Source: the human T2T-CHM13v2.0 reference genome, Homo sapiens. From it: a stretch of 64,000 nt of DNA. The stretch lies in assembly GCF_009914755.1 (NCBI RefSeq), contig NC_060930.1; one strand, given 5' to 3'. Numbering within the stretch: the first letter of the stretch is position 1; each line of letters starts with the position of its first letter. The notes under the pieces were generated by a model. It worked only from the letters and a program-made list of their open reading frames with translations, did not search any database and was not told the origin of the DNA. Positions 1 through 12,730 of this stretch are shown here, in pieces. The position numbers were made by a program, and so were the translations under genes.

Positions 1-469
1 GTGATCCTATGTTAAGATAAAGTGAGTCGGAGGATGTCAGCCTGCTTTCTTCTGTTCTCAGTCTGTAACCAGAGATCCTAATCTTGATGCAAAGTTGAGG
101 TTCACTTCTGGACATGCTTTATTCTAAAGGGCATGGGGGGAGGAGAAAGGGAGGAGCACATTTTGAGGAGGAGGGAGGCCTCTAAGAGAAATTCCTTCCT
201 ACTGGGCGAGGGCAGCAGCACATTACCCATATACAACCTCCTGGAAGCCTTCTGTTTGTCCGTCTGTCTAGGGCCCATCTTGTGTGCACTGAAGGGAGGG
301 ACATAGAGCAGGCAGCTGGGGTTTATGATGATATTTCCATATCAGCCTGTTTGGCACCAACGCACTACACAAAACATTCGACACGTGATATTCTTTTCCC
401 TGGTATTGCTAACTTGCAATCTCTGTGGCTCAGGGGCCTCCTGCCTTTGAATAAGACTTGGGAGAGAAC

Positions 470-950
470 CAGACGGCGATCCGAGCCTCTAGCTTTCCAT
501 TGACAAGGAGGCAGCTCCAAACTGGGATTACTGATTTCCATTTCAAAACTGCGTTCAATTTAGTTGATTTAAACGACTTGACTTTCCTCTGTGAAATGAC
601 TGTGGCACGTGAGCTCAGCCAGTTGCTCTTTGAAAGGCATCAACACGCTCCCTGCAGGGACCGATGGAGCTCCGCCACCCATTGTTTATCTAAAAACAGC
701 GTTTTATTATTGTCGCTCAATTAGGCCAGACAGCGGACACAAATGACTTTCAACAGCTACATCCTGATGCTGTGCATCACACATAAAATGCCAAAGACTG
801 CTCTAATAGCTAGCTAATAAAATCAAAATGTGCCTTTGTTGACTCGAGATTACTCACATCGTCACTCTTTCTACCGAAGTCTCTTCTTAATCTAATTACA
901 TACAATGTTTCCACTTTAGTAAAAGAACATTAACCTCAGTAATCAACAAT
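470..950. promoter_or_regulatory. Candidate developmental enhancer / conserved non-coding element
   Basis: Repeat-free with ~15 CpGs in ~410 bp. Clustered E-box CACGTG (606), TCF CTTTGAA (628), SOX/FOX CATTGTTTAT (680-689), CTTTGTT (834) and homeobox TAATTA (893). Confidence 0.4.
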
Positions 951-1439
951 TCTGTCCTCAATTTATTTATGAGCAAGCAACCAAGGTTTTTCTGAACGTA
1001 AACTTTGGAGGAGAGTTTATTTTCTATACACAAACTAGCATATTTTTTTCCCTCTCAAGGTCAACATATTACTGCCTCTAGGGTTTTTCCCTTCAAGCTT
1101 TTTTTTCTTTCCTAAAAATTGCACAATCTGTCATTTCACAGACACCCACGAAAAGCCACTCCTAGGTTTCTCCCTGTTGATACTAACTGCTGTGAAAATG
1201 CTATTATACGCAAATATTTCAACTGTTTTGCAAACATATGCTTTCATACACACATACTCACTGCAGACGCCATTGCCTGAAATAGGAAAGGCCCTTTGAA
1301 AAAGAAACGAAATGCATTGAGCCTCTCAACATTTGCCATTTTTCAATTGCGTCTTGGAAGCATGGATGACTTTAACATTTAGAAATTACATTTGTCAGTG
1401 ATTGCACTAGAACTTGGTTCTTTGAATGAAAAGATCCCT

Positions 1440-1550
1440 GACACTCGATTTATACCTCTAATTTAGAGCATGGGAAAAGCTGAGGATCAGAGAAGTGAAG
1501 AGATTTAGCTCAGGTGAGTAACCACATGAGGGACTGGAACCCAGGAGTTC
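1440..1550 (-). mobile_element. MIR fragment
   Basis: GGGAAAAGCTGAGGATCAGAGAAGTGAAGAGATTTAGCTCAGG..GGACTGGAACCCAGG resembles the antisense MIR core. Confidence 0.5.
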
Positions 1551-2300
1551 CGAGAGCTCCCTGGATGGGCACAAACACAAAATACAAGAATCGGGGTAGT
1601 AAAGACTCCTCCTTATGGTGCGGTCATGAGGGCCTGGATTCTGCAGTGAGGGTTTAGTTGTTTAGCCGGATTGAAGCTGCACTTTGTGGCTGGCCGCCAC
1701 CACCCACCCCATTACCTTCATCTCAACACACACACATGCGCTCTTTGGTAATATAACAGTTCTCAAGTTTTCATTTGAGTTTAAGGTTGGACTACATCCA
1801 GGCCAAACATAAAGAAAATCTCAAGGCCGGCCCTCCCCTCCTGATGAGCCCTGCCAAGTTCCCTCAGGTTTCAGCATAGATGGGGAACCAATGTTACCTC
1901 ACGTCTCAAGACTCCAACTCTGGGCAGGCTTGGTCTCGCCTCCTCTCTGCACTCTCCTTGGGGTGAGAAGAAAGGGGGTGATGTTGGCAGTGTGACAGGA
2001 ATTCCTTGTTTTACCCATAAGCAAAGAAATTAAGTCAGGACTGAAGGCCAAAGTCAAGGAACCTGCAATGGCAGAGGTAGGAGCCTGTGAACGAACATGC
2101 AATTGGGAAGCCAGAGCTCTGTCCTCCTGAGCCCACTTCTTGCTGGTTACCTTGGACTGAGCCTCCAGCATTTTATCAGGAGAACCAGAAGCAGGAGGTC
2201 ATGGCCAAAGAAGTGCCTAAGAGTCAAGCAACCTTAACTTTGCTCCACAGCAACATGCATCTGTCACTTAACCAGCTCTAAGCCATTTGGGCACAATTCT

Positions 2301-2635
<335 letters not shown>

Positions 2636-4344
2636 TAATTATGTTATCCTTACCTCTCGGTGGAACGGACTATTTGAAAAGCACAAGATGTCCTGTCAAT
2701 GCAAATCCTTATTTGCCCCAATCTCGTATTTTCGTGGAATGATGATAAGTGCAAAGAAGAGGTAAGAGGTATCTAATGTCTGCAAATGAGTTAGAAAAAG
2801 AGTACTTTGGCAGGAACACAGAGTTATTTTATTAATTACGAGCTATTACTTAGGGATCATATGTCCTGTGTATGCCTTTAAAAGAATACTTTTTTTTTTT
2901 TTTAAATCATGCTGTTATCCTTCTGGCCCTCAAATTCTTTCAGATTGGTGACAGTTGGTCGGTTTCTCTTCCTTTGCCGCCTGCCCTCACAGGGTGAAAT
3001 ACCATCCCCAACTGGGGGCTGCCATCCAGCTAGCTGCTTGGCTGGGTGGAGGATTTCCTTTATTTCCACTGGCTAACGTCTCAACAGTACTGTGCTCTGG
3101 CTTTTAAAACCTTCCGCAGGAAGCCACACAAATGACCCTCAAAATGTGTGGGTTTTTCTGGAACTCCTCACCTTGAATTTTTAAGCCCTCACCCTCTCTT
3201 AAGTTCTGGCCTCTCCTGCCTTCTGAAACCACAAGGCAGTTAGAGATTGTAATCTCACAACACAAGTCATTTTGGCATCCACAGTCAGATGTCACCTGGG
3301 GTCACAGTCGCCTGTATGCGGTGGAAAGTTCTAAGCAGTTGCAGTTGCTTTTGTGATATGCCAGTTGACTTGGAGAGAGAGCCCCAAAACCCAACAGGAA
3401 GGTGGGTTTTCTGAGGCATGCTAAAAATATATTTACATTTGTTTATATGTGAATGATTAATTTTAGTCTGCGGAAAAGGATTTGACAAGGATCTAGAGGC
3501 TCAGCGGGGGCATGGCATAACTAGCGATATTTGTGCCCGGACAAAAGCAGTCATTTGGGCTCTTCTGGTTGTTGCCCCACTTTCTTTTCTCCTTGCCAGT
3601 CCCACAGTTATGGAGAAGGAGGTAACACTGAGGCCAGGTCTGCTACTCCACATCGTTTCTCTGTTCCTCCGTAGGCTGCCTGCCACCACCAGCATGCCAT
3701 TCTTGAGCAGCACATAGTTGAGCTTCTGGCTTCGGGAAGCTCTTTCTCGCGTTAAGTGGCAAGGCTGTAACTTCAGAAGTCTCTGCCCTGCGGTGCCCTG
3801 TGCTCAGCATGGCCTGGGTGCTCAGTGGCTAGCAACCGTGAGCTCAGGTCTCACCTTTGGGCCACGTGAGCAGGTTGGCCGGACATCTATACTCTAGATA
3901 GTTCCTGCTTTGTTGTGGGATCTCCACCCACTAAGAGGTGGCCAGGAAGTTTAAAAAGACATGCTGGTTCTTTAGAATCTGGTTTCATGCATTCTTTTCA
4001 GATGGAATGATTGGGAAGTAGGGGAGAAAACAGAAAAGCACACTGGTGCCCTCCTGCGAACACAGCATCTGTCCCACCTTCATGCAGTCAAACAAAGCAG
4101 AGGGAATGTGAATCAAAAAATTTAAGGTGAGGTGAGGGGAAGACCCCAAAGGACCACTGGCTGACACTAACTCTGGGACCAATGGCAGGGCCCACAGCAT
4201 TGACAAATCAACGGTGACCGCTCGCAGCCTTTGGTACTTGTGTACCATGGATTGCATCAGTAGAGTTTCTCTTACAGATAAATATACCTACTCTGTGTAT
4301 GACTGACCCAAAGCAATGCCTGCCAGCCCAGAGCTATTTGGTAC

Positions 4345-4750
4345 TGTCTTAATCACTTGGGCTGCCATAACAAAATACCACACACAGTCTTAAACAACAG
4401 AATTTTATTCTCTCACAGTCTTGGAGGCTGAGAAGTCCAAGATCAAGGTGCCAATTTGATTCCTGGTGAGGGCTCTCTTCCTGGTTTGCAGACAGCTGGC
4501 TTCTGGCTGTGTCCTCACATGGCCTTTCTTCTGAGTGTGCATGAAAAGAGACGGTGGGGGGGACATCCCTGGTGTCTCTTCCTCTCTTTATGAGGCCACC
4601 AGTCCAGTTGGATTAGGGGTCCACCCTTGTGATCCCACTTAGCCGTAATTACCTCATAAAGGCCCTATCTCCAAATATAGTCATATTGGGGGGGGGGCAG
4701 TTAAGACTTTAGCATACGAATTTGGTGGGGACACAGTTTAGTCCATAGCA
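4345..4750 (-). mobile_element. MaLR LTR, MLT1A-like
   Basis: TGTCTTA...GGGCTGCCATAACAAAATACCAC...AAGTCCAAGATCAAGGTGCC...GTCCATAGCA termini. Confidence 0.85.
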
Positions 4751-4849
4751 AGCCCAGACAAAATATAGCTGACTCACTTAGTACTTGGACCACTCCCCTT
4801 ACAAGCCCTTTATTATTTTCATACACCCAGGTCCAGGTGTGCCCAAGCA

Positions 4850-5220
4850 GCAGCTATATCTGTTTATCAGAGGGCTGCCCTCGGTCCAGAAACTATTTTG
4901 ATAGTGCAATAATGAAGACTGACTTCCTTATAGAAATGACAGTCCTTAACCGGTGAATGACAGGTGAGAGGGAGGTGTAAATACTCTAGCTTCCTTGGCC
5001 CCTGGCCAGGACAGCAGTGACAGTACACAGGAAGATCTGGAGAGAGAGTAAGTCACATCTCAGCGTTTCCTTTCCTGGGGCTTTGCTCAGTGTTGCACCC
5101 TGTCCTGGCATCCTCCTTTCCTTTTGGGGCCCACTTCTCAAACCCCTAACCAGTTTTTTCCGGTAATATTCCTTAAATGAATCACTCAGGGTCTGCTTCT
5201 GGGGAGTCCAACCTCAGACA
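4850..5220 (+). mobile_element. ERVL LTR16-like LTR
   Basis: GGGAGGTGTAAATACTCTAGCTTCCT and 3' end CTCAGGGTCTGCTTCTGGGGAGTCCAACCTCAGACA. Confidence 0.6.
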
Positions 5221-6559
5221 ACACAAGACCCAAGTGGCAATATTTGTTCCAACACCCAGAATCAACCCAGCATCCCCTCAGCTTAGATGATTTCTCAACA
5301 TTATGAAGTTCAGGCATCCTAGGTCATTTCACAAAGATTCTCAGAGTGAAAGAATCTATAATCCTGTTACATAAGCATAATAGGCAACTGTTCTTCCACT
5401 CTATGGAGTCTTCCAGAAGATCCCAGCTCAAAGTCAGTACCATGGCCCTAAGGGAAATTCTGCTTCCTCAGTCTTAATTCAGAACAACCTAGGCCTTGGC
5501 CAAAACTTGCAATCAAGACACCCACAAATCACATCATGTTCCCCTCTCCCTGTAGCCGAGCAATTATCAAAGCCAACTGGGGGCTATATATAGCATTCAC
5601 CAACTTTGGAAAACTTTTCAAAAATTGTTTTAGTTTCTTTCTTATTGTCTCCCCAGAGTCTGGTAATTCTGGAAAGAGGCCTGTAGATTGCCACTTGGGG
5701 AGTCCAGCAGAAAACCAATCCTGCAACTCCAGAAAGCTGGACAGTGACCCTGCTTTTTCCTCTTCTGGGAGCTGTCAGCTCTCTCCTTCCTCCTGGCCCT
5801 TGGAGCCTCAGAATTGACTCCTATTGCTCTGCAGAGTGGGCTGCATTGGACACAGTGCAAAGAGTAAAACCAATGATTCAAATGGGGAGAACTGCAGTTA
5901 CTAGAGCTTCTCCTGCCTCCTATTTACATAAACTTCAAGAACATCGAGTTTAGGGGAAGCATTCGCATTTGATTCAACATGACACACTCCCCAGGAAACT
6001 TTCCACAGTGCCCACATCACTAGAGCCTGGGCTTGCTATGATCACCATGGCTCTTGGGCCAACCCTGAGAACATTCCAAAGATACAAGCTTGGGCTGGAA
6101 GCCTAGAGAGAAATACCCAGAAGTCCTACAGTTTATTCCATCTCAATACATACTTCTCAGACAAGGGCTTGTAGGAAGGCAGATACGACAGGAAAGGAGG
6201 TCTCAGGAAAGCTCTCCAAGTCCCAATTCTTAGTCTTAGCTTCCCATGTTGAAGGTACTGATGGCCTTGGAATGGTGGACTTGGACCTGGATTTTCATGT
6301 ACAGTTTAGTTTATACAGAGGGTGCTTCCCAAGCTTTGTGAAGGAAAGGAGAAGCTCTGTGGGAAGGAAAAAGACGGAAGTGGGGAGAGGAAAAGAGAAG
6401 CAGTAGGTAGCAAGGTTTGCCTTGTGTAGGTCATGACTTATTCAAGTTTTGCAGGACATGTGTTTCAGGGCCTTGTTTTCGCCATCAACGCACAGATCTG
6501 AGGGCGGCCTAGTGAGCACATCCCCCCACCTCCCCCCACCACAGGAGTGTTTGTGTTGG

Positions 6560-6810
6560 AGGCGGGAGTGTTAAATTCCAACCTCAGCACAACTCTTGAA
6601 GACTCTGCCAGTTCAGGTGTGGCAAACAACAAAATGTGTTTTTGCTTTTCTTTTCTCTTTCCTTTCTTGCCAATCAGAGTGAATGGATTCTGAGCTTTCA
6701 TTGGTGTTTAAATTAATTTTTGATGAAAAAATAAAGTTGGGGGCGGGGGAGTGGGAGTTAAAATTACAGTCTGCTCTATAAAGGCAAAGTAACTTCTGGA
6801 AGGTCATGAG
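6560..6810 (+). promoter_or_regulatory. Candidate CCAAT-GC box-TATA core promoter
   Basis: CCAAT 6670-6674, GGGGCGGGG 6740-6748 and TATAAAG 6777-6783 in canonical order and spacing. Confidence 0.3.
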
Positions 6811-7394
6811 CTGCTACTGGCAAGCGTGGCCTGGAGTTAGGAACAATGTACTTGCTGTTTCAGGAGCAAATCCAGGCTGGAGAAGGCTCTCTCTGCATAA
6901 CCCAGGACTGGATTTAGTTCTGGATTCATGCAGACCTCTCTGGCAGCTGATGGACAAGTTAGGGCTGTATGAGCATTGGCCTGTCGCTGGCCCAGACTTC
7001 ATTCTTTAGTCCTGAGGCCACAGCATTTCCATGTGGACTTATGAATCCAGTGAGAGAGGGAGAGTGGAGAAGAAGCTGGCGTGGCCCCTTGGCTCTTTTA
7101 TTACCTAGGATAGTGCTTGGCATGCCATAGGTGCTCATTGTGTGTGTATTGAGTAAAGAACTTACCAAAGCAGCCCTATTCTCTATAGTTGTTCACTGAG
7201 GAGGTGCAAGCAAGATACAGGTGGTGCTATTAAATGAGAGAAACATACGAGGATCTTCTTAATTTCTCTCTTTCTAAACCTAAAAATTAGATATGCCATT
7301 GAACTTTGTGAGAAAGGGGATGGAAGAAGCATTACTTGAAGTGAGTAATCCATGCTTTATTGCCTCTACTTTAGGGGCAAGAAACCAATTGGGT

Positions 7395-7635
7395 GTTGTG
7401 CCTAAGAACGTGGACCCTGTGGCCAGACTGCTTGGATCAGTGTCCTCCCTCCACCACTTTGTAGCCATCTGACCTCAGGCAAGTTACTTCACCTCTCTAT
7501 GCCTTGGCTCCTCATTTATAAACTGGTGATATGAACAGAGCCTGTGTTCTAGGATTGCTGTGACAATTACATAGAAATGAGTCAACATGTACATAGCACA
7601 CAGAACAATGCCAGGCACACAGCAAGTGCTATTTA
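7395..7635 (+). mobile_element. MIR
   Basis: TGACCTCAGGCAAGTTACTTCACCTCTCTATGCCTTGGCTCCTCATTTATAAA core and ACAATGCCAGGCACACAGCAAGTGCT 3' end. Followed by a (CCT)n tract and a second antisense MIR piece to ~7840. Confidence 0.8.
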
Positions 7636-7645
7636 TGTTCTTCTT

Positions 7646-7677
<32 letters not shown>

Positions 7678-8689
7678 TTACTTTATGCCATTCTGATAAA
7701 CACTATTTTATTTATTTTATAATTTAGGAACTGATTCTAAACTACATTAAGTAATTTGTTTAAGGTCGAGCATCTAGTGAGTGTTGGGCACTGTGTTGGA
7801 GCTTCAGTCTGTCTGACTTCAAGGCCTGTGCTCCTTTCAAGGTGAGGTGTTTGACACATCCCCTGCTTGCCATCCTGGTGGCATTCTCTCAACCACCAAA
7901 GCTTATGAAAACATGCCACTCAGGTTAGCTTCCACCGGACACTGACAGAGGAGCAATTATACCTCCGCCAAAGAAAATTCTCAATGCCAATAAGGGTTCT
8001 GGCTACTGTGGTATACTTAGAGGAAATGAATTTAGGAAGTTTTAATTAAGATTTCAAGGATGAGAAGAGGAAAATATGAAGGAGACGGAATAAATATTCT
8101 TCTACTTTGATTGGGAGGGTCAAAATTCGCTTTCGCTGTCTTATGAAGGTTGAAGTTCTAGGATTCAGGAATAGGATTCTTTGCTATTGGGTATTAAAAA
8201 GCAATAGAGCTCCAAATATATGCAATCAATCCATCCCATCTTTAGGGAAACCTAAATCTAAGCCACCTAGTATAGAGAGCCACTTGTCCTGTGAGTAAAG
8301 ACTTTTACAAGATTTAACAGAGAATAGGAGCAGGAAAGAGACCAACGTAAGGCAGTTGCTAGAACAACAGAATTGCTTTACAGTTCTGACTTCACAACCT
8401 CATTTTCCTGACCTGATAGTTCTGAGACGAACTTCTCTGGGTGCATCTAGAATCTATTCCTTCTGTGAGGTGGTCACCAGGCCTGGTGACCTTTTAAGTT
8501 TAATGTATTAGAGCCAGCTGGGTCTTTGAGCCAGTGGAAGGAGACCGTGTGAACACTTGTAAGCCATGTGCCTTTGTCCAGTAGCGTTTCAGTGCTACCT
8601 AAGCATCTCTACAGCTATTGTGTCTGACCTGCTCTGGGGATTGAAACATATAGTTGGAACAGGAGGCAGTGGCTTTTTTTTTTTCTTCA

Positions 8690-10600
8690 ATAGATTTCTA
8701 AAACCTTTAAATGAAGTACTGCATATATACAGAAAAGTACATAGAGCATAAGTATATAGTCCAGTGAGCTATCACAAAATGAATGTACCTGTGTAAGTGC
8801 CACTCAGGTTAAAGAATAGAGCATTATCAGCACTCAAGAAACCCACTGAATATTCCCTCCAATTTATCATGCTCTTCCTTCTCTCCAAAGGTTACCACTG
8901 TCCTGACTTATAACGCCATAGGTTAGTTTTATTTGCATTTGAGCCACATATAATTAGAATGATACATTCTGTATTCTTTCAGGTCTGGTGACTTTCACTT
9001 ACTGTTACATTTGAAAGTTTTAGTAGATTTGCATGTAATAGGAGTTCATGTATTTTTACTGCTGAATAGTTTTCCATTCTATAAATATACTATGAGTTAT
9101 TTACCCATTCAACTGTCCCTTTAATGGACATTTAGGTTGTTTAAAATTTGAGGTTATTATGAATAATGCTGCCACAAACATTCTTATACATGTCTTTTGT
9201 GTATATTTCTGTGGGAGTACATATCTGCAAGTGGAATTGCTGAGTCAGAAAGTATGCATGTAGTACTCAGCGTTAGAGGAACCTTGCCAAAGAGTTTTCC
9301 AAAGTGGAAATGTGCCAGTTTACGCTTCCACCAACAGTGTGTATGTTCAAAATCCTTGCTAACATTTGGTATTGTCAGGCTTTTAAATTATGATTGTTCC
9401 AATAGGTGTGTAGTAGCATGTCATTGTGGTTTTAATTTTTATTTTCCTGAAGACTGATAAAGTTGAGTACCTTTGGAAATGTTAATTGGCAATTTGGCTA
9501 CCTTTGGTGAAGTGCCTGAACATGGCACTGGGTTATTTGTCTTCCTTATTAATTTGTAGTTTTCACTTATCCTGGACATGCGTTATATGTGTTGCAAATA
9601 ATTTCTCCCACTATGTGGGTTGCCTCTTCGGTACTTTAATGGTATTTTGGGGTGAACAGAACGTCTTAAAATTAAAGGACCACAATGTATCTTTGCCTTT
9701 TTGATTAGGACATTTTGTGACTATTTAAAAATCTTCTAAGATCATAAAGATATTCTCCCATGTTAACTTCTAGAACAGGGGTTGGCAAACTATGGACTGT
9801 GATCCAAATCCATTCTGCCAACTGTTTTTGTAAATAAAGTTTTATTGGGATACAGTCATGCTCATTCATTTACACATCACCCATGACTACTTTTGTGCTA
9901 CAACAGACCTTATGGCACACAAAGCCCAGAATGTTTATTCTCTGGCTCTTTACAGAAAAAGTTTGCCAAACCCTCTAGAAGATTTATTGTTTTGCCTTTC
10001 ACATTTGGAATGGTATTTGTGTATAGTGTGTGATAGGGATCAAGATTTTTTTTCCATATGAATATGTAATTGAACCAGTGTCATTTATTAAGGGCTTAGC
10101 CTTTCCCCATGATTCCCTATGTCATAAATCAAATCAAGTATACATATATGTGTGGATCTGTTTCCAGATTTTCAATTCTTTTTATTGGTCCATTTTTCTA
10201 TCCCATGACCAATACGACTCTGTTTTACTTGGTGCACTTTTAAAAGTGAGTCACGATATCTTCCCACTTCATTTTTCTTCAAGGTTGTCTCTGTTACTGT
10301 TAAGACTTGACATATCTGTATTAGTTTTTGAATAGGCCTGTCAATTTCCTCAAAACACCTTCCTGGGATTTAGATTGGCATTATATTGATTCTGTAGATC
10401 AATTTGGAGAGGTTTGACTTATTTACAGTGATGAGATCCTTCCAGTTCATAAAAGTGATGTATTTTTTAATTTATTTAGGTCTTCTTCAATTTCTTTCAA
10501 TAATATTTAGACCTGACTTTGATATCCTGTACATATTTTGATTGGTTTATTTCTAGGTATCTTTGATGCTATGATAATTTATGTCAACACTAGCTTTTGT
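8690..10600 (-). mobile_element. Old L1M (L1ME/L1MC-type) 3' portion
   Basis: Antisense L1 3' sequence (GGACATTTAGGTTGTTT...AATAATGCTGC...GGAATTGCTGAGTC...ATTGATTCTGTAGATCAATTTGG), interrupted by MER58A. Confidence 0.8.
9776..9974. mobile_element. MER58A (hAT-Charlie MITE)
   Basis: TIRs CAGGGGTTGGCAAACT / AGTTTGCCAAACCCT, flanked by TCTAGAA on both sides. Confidence 0.85.
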
Positions 10601-10633
10601 GTAAAAGAAAAAAACTACTAACTAGTCACCTAC

Positions 10634-11013
10634 TGATATGGTTTAGCTCTGTGTCCCCATCCAAATCTCATGGCAAATTGTAATCCCCAATGTTGGAGGA
10701 GGGGTCTGGTGGGAGGTGATTTGATCCTGGGGGCAGATTTTCCCCCTGCTATTCTCACAACAGTGAGTTCTCACGTGATCTAGTTGTTTAGAAGGGTGTA
10801 GCACTTACCCCTTCTTATTCTTCCTCCTTCTCTGGCCATGTAAGATGCGCCTCCTTCCTCTTCATCTTCTACTGATGATTGTCAGTTTCCTGAGGCCTCC
10901 CAGCCATGCTCCCTGTGCAGCCTGCAGAATCAGGAGCCAATTAAACCTCTTTTCTTTGTAAATTACCCAGTCTCAGGTAGTTCTTTATAGCAATGTGAGA
11001 ACAGACTAATACA
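10634..11013 (+). mobile_element. MaLR LTR, MSTA-like
   Basis: TGATATGGTTTAGCTCTGTGTCCCC...AATTACCCAGTCTCAGGTAGTTCTTTATAGCAATGTGAGAACAGACTAATACA. Confidence 0.9.
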
Positions 11014-11867
11014 CCCAGCAAATGCCATGCTGTAGTGGAAATACTGTGGAGACCAAAACAATGTTACATGCTCTAAGAAATAAAAATTGTTGGGTGGTAA
11101 AGGGAAATGACAAGCCTGGCAGGAAAAAATCATCACACACAGCACATTTATATACACACACTCACTTAAGTGTCTGTCTCTTCCATGGGTTGAGAATGCA
11201 TACTGGTATTGGCTCTTAAGACTCCATGACAGAATGGAAAGAGTGCTAGTGGAATGTCAGGACTCCTGGATCCTAAGCTTGGTTCTTCACAAACTAGTTG
11301 TGAAATTTCAGGCATAGCTCTACTTAACCTCCTTAGATCTCAGTTTTTACACCTCTAAAAAGTGAGTTGGCTCTAACATTGACTTATAAATAAGGAAAGG
11401 GAACCCTTTGGTTCCTGGTGAGTTCTGACATAGGGATGTCCTGGGCATGATTTGTATGATTTGGGGGGCGGGGTCTGCCTGCCAAGAGATTTCTTAAAGA
11501 AAAGCTATCTTCCTACTAGTTTGTGAATGCTTAGTAAATTCTTTGACAGAACAAATGTCTCTGAGAGAGGGGATCCCCTGAGGTGAATAAGCAGAGGAAT
11601 AACAGATGCAAGAAGACATCACAAGGATCAGGCACAGGTGCCTTACCTGAAGTACGTTCCAGAGGTGGAGAAGGTTCAGGAAAAAGCATAGAGGCAGAAG
11701 TGCAATGAAGCTGGCAGTGTCCATGCAGGGACTTCCCTTTGAATCATGAAAGTTTCATAGAAGAGATGAATTGAGATTCTGCCTTAAAAGTCTTTAAAGA
11801 AAGAGTTACAATCAATGGACAAAAAGTGCTGCCATTTCTCTTTGTGTCTAACAGTGATGATGAGGAG

Positions 11868-12730
11868 TGGGTAGAGCAGCAAAGGCTGTTTGTCAAAATT
11901 CATGGTCCTCCTCACCTAGTAAAATATTCACCCTGGAATATTTCCTGATCTTTGATCCCTGATCCCTGCTGCCCAATCAGAGACTCCATTCCCAGCACAC
12001 CCCTGCATTTGTGTTGAGCCAGTAGAATATATAGAATTAGTATTTGTTACTTCTGAACCACGACCATTAAGAAGCATGTGTGCCTTCTCCATCTTTTGTT
12101 TCTCTTTCCATGGCTAGAACCTAAGGACTCCCAGTTCCCAGGAGATAATGGAGCCTCAAGATGTAAGGAGCCCGTCTAAGCTTTGTGCTGCTATAACAGA
12201 ATACCTGGGACTGGGTAATTAATTAAGAACAGAAATTTATTTCTCACAGTTCTGGAGGCTGGAAAGTCCAAGATCAATGCACCAGCATGTTAATTGCTTG
12301 GTGAGGGTCTAGTCTCTGCTTCCAAGATGGTGCCTTCAATGCTGCAACCCCTGAGGGGAAAAAGAGATGTATCCTCACATGGTAGATAGCAGAAGGGCAA
12401 AAAGGGATGAACTTCCTCTATCAACACCTATTATAAGGACAGCTAATATCATTCCTGAGAGTAGAGACCTTATGGCCTAATCACTTCTTCAAGGCCCTAT
12501 CTTTGAATACTATCAATCACACTGGCAACACTCGAATTTTGGATGGGACACATTCAAGCCATAGCAGAGCCTCAATCTTTGAGTTATCTCATTGAGGAAA
12601 GTGGTGTGCCCACCGGGAATACTTCCACCAGACTGTTCTGTGAATGAGAAATAAAATTCTGTTGTTGTGTTAAGTCACAAAAGTTTGAGGTTTATTTGTT
12701 ACAGCAGCCAATGTTAACCTAAAAAATGCA
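11868..12730 (+). mobile_element. Old MaLR LTR (MLT1J/H-like), split by an MST insertion
   Basis: GGAGCCTCAAGATGTAAGGAGCC joins GAGCC...TGTGAATGAGAAATAAA...TTTGTTACAGCAGC. Confidence 0.65.
12173..12566 (-). mobile_element. MaLR LTR (MSTC/MSTD-like)
   Basis: TGCTGCTATAACAGAATACCTGGGACTGGGTAATT...CATTCAAGCCATAGCA with 5-bp TSD GAGCC (12168-12172 and 12567-12571). Confidence 0.85.
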
